A stretch of DNA of 64,000 nt, from assembly GCA_026770705.1 (NCBI GenBank), contig JANJGN010000012.1, positions 45,818,001-45,882,000 of the forward strand. Reading direction: 5' to 3'. The notes under the pieces are model-generated. The model saw only the letters and a program-made list of their open reading frames with translations, made no database searches and had not been told where the DNA came from. Within the stretch, counting starts at the first letter, position 1; every line of letters begins with the position of its first letter. This DNA is from Isurus oxyrinchus. Taxonomy: Eukaryota. Position numbers and translations under genes: made by a program. Shown here one piece after another: positions 25,361 to 38,793 of this stretch.

Positions 25361-27604
25361 AATCCTGCGGTGAGTAACTCACCTCCTGATTCCCCAAAGC
25401 CTGTCCATCATCTACAAGGCACAAGTCAGGAGTGTGATGGAATAATCTCCACTTGTGTGGATGAGTGCAGCTCCAACAACACTGACGAAGCTTAACACCA
25501 TCCAGGACAAAACAGTCCGCTTGATTGGCACCATCTACAAACATTCACTGCCTCTACAACCGACACACAGTGGCAGCAGTGTGTACAACCTCCAATATGT
25601 GCTGCATGAACTTACTAAGGTTCCTTAGGCAGTACCTTCCAAAGCCACGACTGCTACCATCTAGAAAGATAAGGGTAGGAGATACATGGGAACACCAGCA
25701 ACTGCAAGTTCCCCTCCAAGCCACTCACCACCCTGACTTGGAAATATATCACCATTCCTTCAATGTCACTGGGTCAAAATCCTGGAACCCCCATCCTAAC
25801 AGCACTGTGGATGTACCTATGCCATATGGACTGCAGCAGTTCAAGAAGGCAGCTCGCCACCACCTTCTCAAGGGCAATTAGGTATGGGCAATAAATGCTG
25901 GCCCAGCAGTGATGCCCACATCTCATGAATGAATAAAGAAAAATCCCTTTGATCTTCCTCCTTTTTCCATTCAATTTATCGCTCAGCAACTTCCGAAGCC
26001 ACCCGTTATTATTGAAACATTCTCTGGACCGATTTTATGATAGTTTTGTTTTGTTTCTCTCTTTGTTTGACTCTCACTTGCTCGTTATTGATAGGGCACA
26101 CACTCTGGTCACTCACCTTTCCTGACTGAGCTAACCTGGCGCTGGTCCTTTCAATGCGCTATCCTACTGACTGAACTGACAGGCTACGCACTGCAATTTC
26201 ACCACAAGGGATCTGTCTGCTTACCAGCTCTTTATTCAAGCACTAACTTTGAACTCTGTCTTCAAAGCTTTTCTGTGCAGTCTTCACACTCAGATTTCAA
26301 CACTCTCTGACATTGCGAATTCTTTGCAATCTAACCAAAACATCAAGGTTGGTCTCATGCCATATAGCACAATCTGTGGCTGTTCACCATGCCATACCTG
26401 TACTTAATCTTGCTGCCACACTGTTTGACCACCACTGAATATCATGTGCTTTTATAATGATATAAAGGCACCAATCCGTCGTAAGTGATTGTGTAACATG
26501 TGGTTTCATTTATTGAGACTAGGCACATGAGAACAATTATGAAAAGTTAGAAAAAGTGAAGATACCAGCAGAAGAGCTGTTTGTGTTGTGCTCTGCTCAA
26601 AGCAAAAGTGAAACTAATACTGGATCGCATGAAACACTTCCCTCCTAGTGATGTCTTGCTCCTATCCCTTAAATGTGTTGTACAACAGAAAATAATACAA
26701 TCAAAGAGAGAATATGAAAATGGAATGGCAGTTAACATAAAATCAGATGTAAATAGAGAGGTAGGGTAAGTCCGTTATGCTTAGAGGCATAGGGTAGTGC
26801 TGGAATACTTAATGAGCATATTTTTTCAGTATTTACTTAGAAAGACGATGCTGACAAAATATTGGTAGAAGTGGAGATGGTAGAGGTAATGGATGGGGTG
26901 AAAACTGATAGGCAGGGATGTACTGGGTAGGACGATCATTAAAGGTGGCAGGACATAATGAAAGGACAGTTAACAAAGCATATGGGATCTTGGTCTTCAT
27001 AAATAGAGGTATTGAGTACAAAAGCTGGGAAGTTTTGCTGAACTTGTGTGAAGCTCTGGTTAAGCCACAACTGGAATACTGTGTCTGGTTCTGGTCACCA
27101 CACTTTAGGAAGGATACAAGAGTCCTTGAAAGAATGCAGAGGAGATTTTCCAGAATAGTTCTGGGGTGAGAGATTTTAGTTACAAAGTTGGTTTGGAGAA
27201 GCTGGGATTGTTCTTGGAGCAATGGCAATTGAGAGGAGGTGTACAGATTATGACAGGTTTAGATATGATAGGCTAAACAAAGCTGATGCCATTAGCTGAT
27301 GGTACAAGGACTGGACGAGACAGATATAAGGTTTTGAGCAAGAGATGCAGAGGGAATGGGAGGAAGAACTTTTCTGCACAGTAAGTGGTTTTGATCTGGA
27401 ACTTACTGTCTAGGAGTGTGGTGGAAGTAGAGATGATGAATGATTTCAAAAGAAAATTGGATGGGTGTTTGATGGAAATCATATAATAATATAATAATAA
27501 AAGGGATTCAGAAGGCATTTGGGACTGATTGGATTGCTCCACAGTGAGCCAACATGCACACAATGGGCTGAACAGTCTCCTACTTTGCAATTGTGACTTA
27601 TAAC

Positions 27605-29917
27605 ACAGAATCACAGAACCTCAGTGCAGAAGAGGCCCTTCAGCTAATCGAGTCTGCACCGACAGGTGAGAAACACCTGACGTACCTACCTAATCCCATT
27701 TACCAGCACTTGGCCCCTAGCCTTGAATGTTATGATGTGCCAAGTGCTTATCCAGGTACTCTTTAAAGGATGTGCGGCAAGCCTCTTCCACCACCCTCCC
27801 AGGCAGCGCATTCCAGACTGTCACCACCCTCTGTGTAAAAGGTTTCTCCTCACATCTCCCCTAAACCTCCTGGCCCTCACCTTGAACTTATGATCCCTTG
27901 TGACTCACCCTTCAACTAAGGGGACCAGCTGCTCCCTATCCACCCTGTCCATGTTCCTCATAATCTTGTACACCTCGATCAGGTCGCCCCTCAGTCTTCA
28001 CTGCTCCAACAAAAACAATCCAAGTCTATCTGACCTCTCTTCATAACTTAAATGTTTCATCCCAGGCAACATCCTGGTGAACTCCTCTGCACCCCCACCA
28101 GTGCAATCACATCCTTCCTATAACGTGGTGGCCAGAACTGCACATGGTACTCCAGCTGTGGCCTCACTAAGGTTCTATACAACCCCAACATGACCTCCCT
28201 ACTTTTGTAATCTATGCCTCAATTGATAAATGCGAGTGTCCCATATTTCTTTTCACCACCCCATTAACATGCCCCTCCGCCTTCAGAGATCTATGGACAC
28301 ACACGCCAAGGTCCCTTTGTTCCTCAGCACTTCCTAGTGTCATGTCATTCATTGAATACTTCCTTGTCAAATTACTCCTTCCAAAGTGTATCATCTCATA
28401 CTTCTCAGGATTAAATTCCATCTGTCACTTATCTGCCCATTTGACTATCCCATCTATATCTTCCTGTAGCCCAAGGCACTTAACCTCACTATTAACCACT
28501 CGGTCAATCTTTGTGTCATTCGCAAACTTACTAATCCTACCCCCCACATAGTCATCCATTTCGTTTATATAAGTGACGAATAATAGGGGACCAAGCACAG
28601 ATCCCTGTGGTGCACCACACTGGACACTGGCTTCCAGGCATGAAAACATCCTTCTGTCATCACCCTCTGTCAGCTACAACTAAGCCAATTTTGAATCCAT
28701 CTTATCAAATTACCCTGAATCCCATGTGCATTTGCCTTCTTTATAAGTCTCCCTTGTGGGACCTTGTCAAAGTCTTTGCTGAAATCCATATAAGCTACAT
28801 CAACTGCGCTACCCTCATCTACACACCTGGTCACCTCCTCAAAAAATTCAATCAAATCTGTTAGGCATGACCTCCCTCTGACAAAGCCATACTGACTATC
28901 CCTGATCGAATCTTGCCTCTCCAAGTGGAGGTAGATTCTCTCCTACAGAATTTTCTCCAGTAGTTTCCCTACCACTGATGTGAGACTCACTGGCCTGTAG
29001 TTCCCTGACTTATCTCGAAAACCCTTTTTAAATAGCGGAACCACATTTGCTGCTCTCCAGTCCTTCCCCGTGGCCAGAGAGGAATTAAAAATTTGGGTCA
29101 GAGCCCCTGTGATCTCCTCCCTTGCCTCCCTCAGCAGTCTGGGACACAAATCATCCGGACCTGGAGATTTGTCCACTTTTAAGCCTGTCTGTCAATGCCT
29201 CCAATACCTCGTCACTCCCTATATCAATTTGCTTAAGAACCTCGTAGTCTCTCTTCTTGAGTTCAATACCTTCATCCTCATTCTCTTGGGTGAAGGCGGA
29301 TGTGAAGTATTCATTCAACACTCTAGTGATGTCCTCTGGCGCCACCCATAGATTGCCCCCTTGGTCCCTTATGGGCCCTACTCTTCCCCTGGTTATCCTC
29401 TTGCCATTGATATACTTATAGAATATCTTGGGATTTTCCCTACTTTTACCAGCCAGAGCTTTCTCATATCCCCTCTTTGCTCTCCTAATTGCTTTCTTGA
29501 GCTCCACGTTGCACTTTCTATTCTCCAATAATGCCTCCACTGATTTGCTTCTCTTGTACCTGCTAAAATCCTCTTTTCCTTCTCATCGTAATCTGAATAT
29601 CTCTGGTCATCCATGGTTCTCTGGGCTTGTTACTCCTTCCTATCACCCTAGAGGGAATATGTTGAGCCTGTACCCTCCCCATTTCCTTTTTGAACTGCTC
29701 CTCTGTAGATTTCTCCACAAGTAGCTGTTCCCAGTCTACCTTGGCCAGGTCCTGCCTTATTTTACTAAAATCCGCTCTCACCTAATCCAAAACATTGTTT
29801 TGCAACTTGCCTATTTCTTTGTCCATAACAAACTTAAACTGTACCATGTTGTGGTCGCCATCACTAAAATGCTCACCCACCACCACCTCAGCCATCTGTC
29901 CGGCTTCATTCCCCAAA
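27605..29917 (-). mobile_element. CR1 LINE; an upstream part or a second copy lies at about 31695-32260
   Basis: DKSPGPDD, NYRPVSLTSVVGK, QYGFVRGRSC, APQGSVLGPLLF. Confidence 0.88.
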
Positions 29918-31470
29918 GGTGGTAATGAACTCCTTTCTTCTGAATTCACTGCACATACCTTCTTGTAATAAATACAACTTGAAAAATTGTTGTGATAACT
30001 TGGCCAAATTTGTCTTTGCGATTTCCTCAGCCTGGTAATTACCACCTGTCATATCACAACAATGGACAAAAGTATGAATTGATCCTTGTGGGTTGGTGAA
30101 GCTTACAAATCCTGAGTACAACCTCATTTGTTGATGCACTCACTCTAACCCAAACATAGCAAGACATGTGGGAGATTTGGCTTTCTGCATGCACCAAGGA
30201 AATGTCCAGATCTCCAGCAATTCTGCAAGGCATGTGGCAGAAAGGGCCATAGGCAGTGGCAGTGGCAATGCACTCGAGCAAAGGCTGGTGCAGCTACAAA
30301 GAGCCATGCACTGATCCATACAGACCGTACACAACAGGTACCTTCAAGCAACAAGTATGATCATCCTGTATCCGGACAGAAACATATACGTTAGATGATT
30401 GACAAACCAAAAAATGACAATGTTGTGCAAGACAAAGAGCGGTGAACACATGTTTCACACCATCAATCTAATGGAAATCATTGATACTATCACACCGTCT
30501 GAAGCATTTGCCAAGATTCAAATTATCTTTTTGCATCTCTTTCATGGGATGTGGGCACTGCAGGCAAGACCAGCATTTGTTGCCCATCCCTAATTGCCCT
30601 TGAACTGGCTGGCTTGTGAGGCCATTTCAGAGGACAGTTAGTAGTCAACCACATTACTGAGGGTCTGGAGTCTTGTGTAGGCCAGTCCAGGTAAGGATGG
30701 CAGATTTCCTTCCTTAAAGGACATTAGTAAACCAGATGGGTTTTTACATCAATTGACAAGCTTTTCATCTTGATTTATTAATTGAATTTAAAGTGCACCA
30801 GCTGCCAGGGTGGGATTTGAACACATATTCCCAGGGCATTAGCCTAGGCTTCTGATTTACTAGTCCAGTAGCATTACCACAATGCCACCAACTCCCCCAT
30901 ATGTCTGTCCTAGGAAAGTTGGTAACTATTCATTATTTGCCAAGATTGACACAGGGGCAAGTGCCAACATACTACCTCTGTGAATTCTAAAAGGACATGT
31001 ATCCACAGACATTGTAGGCCATGGTGAAACCTATGGCTGTGAAACCTTCTGCGTACCCAGTTCACTAATTCTACATGCAGTATCCAAAGCCCTGGAATGC
31101 AAGTAAAATCAATCATCCTAGATGTTTCAGAAGTTCTACATTGTGGAATCTAAAGGTCCAGCGATTGCACACTAGTAACAATCCATGGAATCAGTCAGGC
31201 CTCATATGGCTGATCAGCCTCAGAAACTACTCCGATCACCTCAGTTCATGACCTAACATTGAAATATCCAGAATGTTTCAACAAAATTGGGAGTTTCAAG
31301 TGAGCTGCAATATTACACATGCAGGAGAATGCAAGTCCATCAATTATCATGTAAGTGTACTTACAAGACAAATTGAAGATCGAACTCGATAAAATGGAGA
31401 AAGCTGGAATCATTAGAAGAGTACAAGAGCTCACAGACTTGTGCGGCTCAATCACATGCATCATAAAGGC
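29918..31470 (+). mobile_element. Internal gag-protease fragment of the same Gypsy family, opposite orientation, interrupted by a SINE
   Basis: Plus strand encodes CGRFGFLHAPRKCP...CKACGRKGH (about 30165-30260) and KIDTGASANI (about 30940). Reverse-complement similarity to 19140-20480. Confidence 0.75.
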
Positions 31471-33953
31471 CTCATAACCCTTCTATATCTAATTCTCACT
31501 AGCGGAGGAATGGTAGGCTCTGTCTTTGCCAGTTTTTCCTGTCGGTTTGGAGGTTGAGCTGGCATCTGGATACTTTACATTCTTTTCTTCTATTGCATCA
31601 TGTTGAACTGCACTTGGTTGGTTCAGCTGTTGCGCTGATTGATGGATGCCACTGTAACTCATTTCTTGTGGGTTGGATGAACATTGTACTCGTCTCCTTG
31701 TTATCACTAAATTGTTCCCCTACCACCACCTTCTCCACCTGTCTGGCTTCATTCCCCAGAATTAGGTCCAGCACTGTGCCATCCCTTGTTGGACCCTTGA
31801 CATATTGACCTAATAGGTTCTTCTGTACACATTTCAAAAAATCCACTCCATCCAAGCCCTTAATATATGTCTGTCCCAATTGGAAATTTGACATCACCAA
31901 CTACAATGATCCTATTGTTATTATTTTTACACAACTCCGTAAATTGTGCACATATTTGCTCCTCAATTTCCCACTAACTATCTGGGGGTCTTTAATAAAC
32001 ACCTCACAATGTGGCTGCCACTTTTGTATTCCTAAGCTCTACCCACAAAACTTCATTCGATTTCACCACCCCACCCCCCCTCTCCTTACTGCAGTAACTG
32101 ACTCGTTAACTCATAATGCAATACCTTCTCCTTTTTCACCCCCTCTCTTGTCTCGCCTTAAGATTATATCTCCCGGAATGTTGAGCTGCCAATCTTGCCC
32201 TCTCTCAACCACCTCTCTGCGATGGCTACTATATCACAATTCCACATGTCAATCCTCATCCTCATGCTATCTATGATTTTGACTGACGATGGCTGATCCA
32301 GATTATTCACAGCCTTGCTATTCTATCTGATCATGAACTGAGCTTCTGACCCACATCTACTCCATTATCAAGGCTGCCTAGTTATATATCCATAATATGC
32401 GCCCCTGCCTCAGTCCATCTGCTGATTAGAGTTCATCCATGTTTTTGTTACCTCCAGTTTTCACTATTCTAATGCTCCTCTAGCCATTCTTCCACTTTCC
32501 CTCTGATGAGGAATATCTTGATAGGACTTTCTCCTGGTACTTCTCCTGCATTCCCTCTTCGACCTACTGAAGCGGAAGAGGATGACGAGGATGAAGAAGA
32601 TGTTGAGGAGGAGGAGCCAAAGACATTTCCCCTACATATCCTGGTAACCTCTCCCACCTAGACAAACCTTTTGAGATTTCTGTGCTCCTCCAATTCTTCC
32701 CACTCGTATATGTCTGATTTTTATTGCTCGGGATGGGATAGCTAATCCTCCTCATATGAAATGAGAGTGACAACTGCTTTCAATGCTCCTGGGGCTACAA
32801 GTCAAAAATTCAGCCAGAATTCCCACAGTCCTGACCCCTGTCAATCACCATGATTCCTAGACGTGAGATGAGGACAGAATTGCGTTGCTTTGTGCCTGCA
32901 CTGTCGATCTACATTCTTTGTCTAGTGTTCCACATGGAGACATTGACATTCAATGACATTCTCATCGCTAAATCCCCCACAATTAATGTCCTGTTGGTTA
33001 TCAATGACCAGAAACTGAACTGGACCTTCCATATAAAAACAGTGATTACAAGAGCAGGTCAGGGTCTAGGAATCCTGCGGCGAGTAACTCACCTCTTGAC
33101 TTCCCAAGACCTGTCCACCATCTACAAGGCACAAATCAACAGTGTGATGGAATACTCTCCACTTTCCTGGATGAGTGCAGCTTCACCGACACGCAAGAAG
33201 CTTGACACCATCCAGGGGAAAGCAGCCCGCTTGATCGGCATCCCGCCCAACACCTTCATCAATCACTTCCTCCGCCACTGATGCACATGGGCAGCAGTGT
33301 CTACCATCTGCGAGATGCACTACAGCAACTCACCAAAGATGCTTTGACAGCACCTTCCAAACCCAAGACCTCTACCACCTCAAAGGACAAGGGCAGCAGA
33401 TGCTTGGGAACATCATCTCCTGGAAGTTCCCCTCTGTTAGGGGGAAGTAAAGGGATACAGTAATTATTAGGGGGAATATAGGGGTACAGTAAGAACTTAT
33501 TGAAAGGGAATGCATTACTTAAAATCTCCAAGCACATTGACAGTTAAAAGTTACCAGATGAACCTTGCACAGCCTTAAGGGCCTGAAAACAACAGAAAGG
33601 CCTTGGAGCCAGACTGTAATCAGAGGATGGCAATAACAACTAAGATTGAGTGTGCTCTTCAACAGATAGAGGAAGAACAGATGGTAAGCTCTCTGCCTGG
33701 GTGAAAACAAATAGGGATGTACTTGTTACCACAGGTGTCTTGTAATGTAAACATATATGTTGACAAGATCAGAATCTGGAAACTGTTCTTGTACATGACC
33801 AATAATGTATAAATATGGTGAACACTTGTAGCTTAGCGGAGTACTGTCTCAAGCTGTATTGAGATGGTGTCGTCCTTGCAATTGCTCGAATAAACGATCG
33901 AAACCTGTACCTGAGTCTCCTGTGGTCCGTTTGTCAAAGTGAACTCAACAATT

Positions 33954-33971
33954 TGGCGTAGTCGGTAGGAT
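33954..33971 (+). promoter_or_regulatory. Primer-binding site complementary to tRNA-Ser
   Basis: TGGCGTAGTCGGTAGGAT is a 17/18 match to the complement of the vertebrate tRNA-Ser 3' end (TGGCGTAGTCGGCAGGAT). Splice-donor-like GTGAGT at 34009-34014. Confidence 0.85.
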
Positions 33972-34155
33972 ACTTGGATCGGATCCTTGGGACGGCTCTG
34001 CAAAGTGGGTGAGTATATTCATTTACCACCCGTAGTTAGTGCAGCAAGCCTACCCAAGAACAATCTGGTCAAGTATCTAAGAATGAGGAGGAGGACTCAG
34101 GGCAGAAGATAGCCGGGGTAAGAGGGGGAGCCGGGCAGGTGGGCTAGTGGGCCCA

Positions 34156-34520
34156 AAGCCGCGCAGGAAGGCCAGAACCATTACCAGAGATAGGAGGCAG
34201 AGCCGTCCTGGCAGGTTATGGTTTGAAACAAAACCTTAACCAAAGCCGCACAGGGAGGCCAGACCCCAGTTAAGAGGAGGGTGGAGTCGTGCTGGTGGGT
34301 TACGGTTTGAGATATAACCTTAGCCGAAGCAGCGCAGGGAGGCCAGAAGCCAGTCAGCGGAAGCTGGAGCTGTGCTGGCAGGTTACGGTTTGAAATATAA
34401 CCTTAGCCGAAGCCGCGCAGGGAGGCCAGAAGCCAGTAAGAGGAGGGTGGAGCTGTGCTGGCGGGTTCCGGTTTGAAATATAACCTTAGCCGAAGCTGCG
34501 CAGCGGGGCCAGACCCCAGT
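34156..34520 (+). repeat. About 4.3 tandem copies of an 84-bp unit in the ERV 5' leader
   Basis: AAGCCGCGCAGGGAGGCCAGA...GGTTACGGTTTGAAATATAACCTTAGCCG recurs at about 34156, 34242, 34327, 34410 and 34493. Confidence 0.85.
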
Positions 34521-34559
34521 GAAATTGCACATACTGCAAGAAACTAAGTTGTTCGGACC

Positions 34560-35600
34560 GTGCGAACGTACCGCGCAGAGATAGATGGAAATAAGAACAG
34601 AGTGCCATCAAGGAAACAGAATAGTGCTGTGGAACTCGACTGGGGAACAGCAGACTCCATTACGAGGTTCATAGCGGAACAGCAGTCAAAACTAATCACT
34701 AAAATGCAGAAGGAGGGGCGGAACCCACAGGGAACCCCCGGAGAACAAAAACAGTGGTGGATTGAGCAGGAAAAGGATAAGGAAAAGAAAGGGGTAAAGG
34801 TTATTACTTTCTTGTATCTGCAGTTCTGCAGACAGGTTAATACGAAGTGTCAGTCGAAAGAGAGAGACAAAGTCAGATTCAGGACAGATCAGAACAGTGG
34901 TGGCAGCTTGTAGTGATACTGATCAAGAGGAGGAGAACTCCAAAGGAGAAACCTATGATGGAGTCAGGGCAAAACCCCCCCTCATATGAACCAACCGCCC
35001 CACTGTGCCTGTTGAATCCAATGACCCCTATGGCAGTAACTGTTAGGAAAAGTAAAGTCAGGAAAGGCGAATTAAAAACTGAAGGGAGAACGGGGGGCTG
35101 AGGAATAGGGGGAGGATGAAGAGATTGAGAGGGTTATGGAGAAAGTTAGACATGTAGCAGACAGTCCAGGGGAGAAACAGGTTTTACTTAAAGAACGGCC
35201 GAAACTCAAGCCTCGGCATAATAACCCAGATTTCTGGACCAAATTGTGGGAAATGCAGGATTTCCATGCAATGCACCCCTTGATACCCATATACTGCTGA
35301 AGGCTAAATGCCCAGGGGATATCTGGGGAAGATTACCCCTGCAGTTTAGAAGTGGAAACTGGGCCGTCCCAGATCGGGAGAAGGCGACAGCCCTGCTCAG
35401 GGAGTTTGAGAGGGCAGTCGAGGAAGCTTGGAGGAGGGAGAAATGAATTGGGGGTGTATAATGTCCCGTGCGGGATGATGAGATTTTCCTGAAAATGTGG
35501 AAGGGTGATTGGGACCCGAAAGATTCGCTACTGAATTTTCTGTAACTTAAAAAAATGAATTGATCTAAGTTACAAGAGCTTCTTGTGCTGAAGAGAGAGA
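34560..35600 (+). pseudogene. gag: ERV gag remnant, frameshifted
   Basis: Position after the leader; basic N-terminal region; late motifs PPSYEPTAP at 34976-35002. Confidence 0.6.
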
Positions 35601-36066
35601 GAGAGAGAGAAAGAGAGAAAAGTGGGGCACCCCTAGGGGCGTTAATAAGCACTGACAGGCAGTAGCAGGGGAAATGTGAGCTTTCGTCAGTTTGATTGTC
35701 CCTATAGGTGGAGCCTTCAAGATCCCTTTATTTCCCCCAGTGCTATTTGAAGTTTCGTTTAGATTATGAGAGTTTTAAATTGTTAGACAGCTTCCAAGCT
35801 GATTGGGATTGATACATACAAGTTACATTAATTCATATGAGTTAGTATTCTAAACATTGAGGAAAAGAAACTACCTGAAGTTCAATGGATTCTAGGAAAA
35901 CCAAAAGGCACGGTCTAAGTGGTTCCAGTGGATAAAAAGGGGTTTCTTTTGATGAGATTAATTAAATATGAAAGGAAATCTGCACCCCAACAGCCCTGAT
36001 AATTTCTCAAAAGGGAATTTTCATTTTAAAAAATTTGACAACAATTGGCACTAATTCAACTGTTGC

Positions 36067-37549
36067 AAGAACAAAGAACAAAGAAAAGTACAGCACAGGA
36101 ACAGGCCCTGGCCTGCGCTGATCATCTTGCCCGTCAACTAAAACATTTTGCACTTCTGGGGTCCGTATCCCTCTATTCCCATCCTATTCATGTATTTGTC
36201 AAGCTGCCTCTTAAACACCACTATCATACCTGCTTCCACCACCTCCTCTGGCAGCAAATTCCAGACACACACTACCCTCTATGTAAAAAACTTGCCCCGC
36301 ACATCTCCTCTATAGTTTTCTCCTCTCACTTTAAATCTATGTCCCCTAGTAATTGACTCTTCCACCCTCGGAAAAAGCTTCTGACTATCTACTCTGTCCA
36401 TGCCATTCATAATTTTGTAAATTTCTATCAAGTCGCCCCTCAATCTCCGTCACTCTAGTGAGAACAATCCGAGTTTCTCCAACCTCTCCTCATAACTAAT
36501 AATCTCCTGACAAGGCAGCATCTTGGTAAATCTCCTCTGCACCCTCTCCAATGCCTCCATATCCTTCTGGTAATGTGACGCCCAGAATTGCACGCAATAT
36601 TCCAAGTGTGGCCTAACCAAGGTTCCATACAGCTGCAGCATGACTTCCCAGCTTTTATACTCAATACCCCTGCCAATGAAGGCAAGCATGCCATATGCCT
36701 TCCTGACTACCTTATCCAGATCCCTCTGCCCGTCAATGCACTTAAGGGTTCTGGCTTTTACTGTATAATTCCTGCCTGTATTAGATCTTCCAAAATGCAT
36801 TACCTCGCATTTGTCCGGATTAAACTCCATCTGCCATTTCTCCGCCCAAGTCTCCAACCGATCTATATCCCGTTGTATATTTTGACAATCCTCTTCACTT
36901 TCTGCAACATCTCCAAGCTTAGTGTCATCTGCAAACTTACTAATTAGCCCAGTTACATTTTCCTGCAAATCATTTATGTATACTACAAACAGCAAAGGTC
37001 CCAGCACTGATCCCTGCGGAATTCCACTAGTCACAGCTCTTCATTCAGAAAAGCACCCTTCCACTGGTACCCTCTGTCTTTTATGACCAAGCCAATTCTG
37101 TATCCATCTTGCCAGCTCACCTCTGATCCCATGCGACTTTACCTTCTGTACCAGTCTGCCATGAGGGACCTTGTCAAAGGCCTTATTGAAATCCATGTAT
37201 ATAACATCCACTGCCCTTCCATCGTCGATCATCTTTGTCACTTACTCGAAAAACTTGATTAAGTTAGTGAGTCACGACCTCCCCTTCACAAAACCATGCT
37301 GCCTCTCACTAATACGCCCATTTGCTTCCAAATGGTAGTAAATCCTGTCACGAAGAATCTTTTCCAATAATTTCCCTACCACTGACGTAAGGCTCACCGG
37401 CCTGTAATTTCCTGGATTGTCCCTGCTACCCTTCTTAAACAATGGAACAACATTGGCCATTCTCCAGTCTTCTGGGACCTCACCCGTAGCCAGTGAGGAT
37501 ACAAAGATTTCTGTCAAGGGCCAGTGAAGATACAAAGATTTCTGTCAAG
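36067..37549 (-). mobile_element. CR1 LINE 3' fragment inserted in the ERV
   Basis: SGIPQGSVLGPLLF, FADDTK, YMDFNKAFDKVPHG. Tail repeat near 36067-36085. Short duplication of the 5' end at about 37490-37549. Confidence 0.9.
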
Positions 37550-38179
37550 CTTTTGTATTTGTAAGTCTGTCCCCAAAATAAGCTAAGCTCAAGACCTTGA
37601 CAAAGTTTGGCAGAAATCCAATTTTTGGCTGTGTTAATGAATCTGGGATAATTCTAAAGAAATGGGTCAGAAACAATTTAGTGGGTTATATTTGAGACAA
37701 TAAAATGTTTGAGAAAATAAGGAAGCAAAACATGTCAATGCCTGATTTCTGTTTTTAAAACTGTTATGAGAATATTTTATTTATTTTAAAGTCTCTCCAG
37801 GCAAACCTGAACAAGATCATGGTCAGGGGAAAAAACTTAGAGGTAAAAATATGTGGAATCTGTAGTTCAGGAATTGAAATGTAAGGAGAAATAATACTTA
37901 ATAACAAGTTACCACAAGATGGATACAGGTAAAGGGAAAGCTGGAAAAAGGCTAAATAGATGTATTACTGATTATATTAATGTGCCTGCAAGGTACTAAA
38001 AGTAAGACCACAGGATTAACACTACGATGACAGACAGAGTTAAGTGGCTCGCAGAGAGAACCATCACCTGTAGTGAAGATACTGAGCCATTGAAAGATAG
38101 GATAAGAAGGTGCACTGTAGAGTTGTGTCGGCAGTTTAAGGAATTGAGGTCTCAAGTGAGACAGCAACAGGAGAGAGTA

Positions 38180-38793
38180 GACTGGAAGGAGTGGAGGGTG
38201 CCTATCCAGATGGATTCAGATCAAGGAACTCATTTCACAGGAAGAGCCATTAAAGAAATGTATAAATTTAAATATAAACAGAAATTCCACATTCCCTACC
38301 AGCCACAGAGCTCGGGAATGGTGGAAAGGATGAACTGAACTTTTAAAAAAAAAATCATCAATCACAAAAGCAATTCAAGAGACAGGGAACAGCCCAATAT
38401 TCTAATGAGCTTTAGGGGCTACCTCAAGCAGGACCACGGGGTTCACCCCATCTGAAATAATGACAAGGAGAACAGTGCAATTACCGAATGATTTCATAGT
38501 AGGTGTGGGAGATGTAGGACCAGTAAAAGGAAGGATGTGAGACTATATGAGGGAAATAAGTAAGCAATTGCATGAGTTAAGAAAGGAAGTCAGAGACCAA
38601 CAGGTGGTTAAGGACATGGAAACAGGCAAATCCAAAGAGCAACAATGGACTAAGTGGGGAGTAAAGTGAGATTTGAGGGAACAGGCATGGACCATACGAG
38701 GTAATTATGACAGGTGATACATGCGCAGTGGTAGATATGAAAACGGGAAGTAAATGGAGACATTACACACAGTTAAAGATACATGAAAATTGA
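38180..38793 (+). pseudogene. pol: ERV integrase core and C-terminal remnant
   Basis: DDE motifs MDSDQGTHFTG and FHIPYQPQSSGMVERMN, followed by stops and frameshifts. Confidence 0.85.

Larger units (their letters stand above)
15927..26687 (-). mobile_element. Gypsy/Ty3 LTR retrotransposon, degraded and heavily nested
   Basis: LTRs of about 250 bp at 15927-16177 and about 26441-26687. TSD GAAAA at 15922-15926 and 26688-26692. Minus-strand PPT next to 16178. Zn-knuckle region CGRC...H...CPA...CGRKGHW (20084-20320), protease KIDTGASANILP (19477-19779), RT remnant (17402-17770), IN C-terminal remnant (16532-16960). Confidence 0.88.

Noticed and set aside
26400-26445. PBS of the Gypsy element
   Set aside because: Too degraded to assign a primer tRNA.
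34156-34520. CRISPR-like appearance of the regularly spaced repeats
   Set aside because: The whole units are homologous with no unique spacers, no cas genes are present, and the context is a eukaryotic ERV leader.
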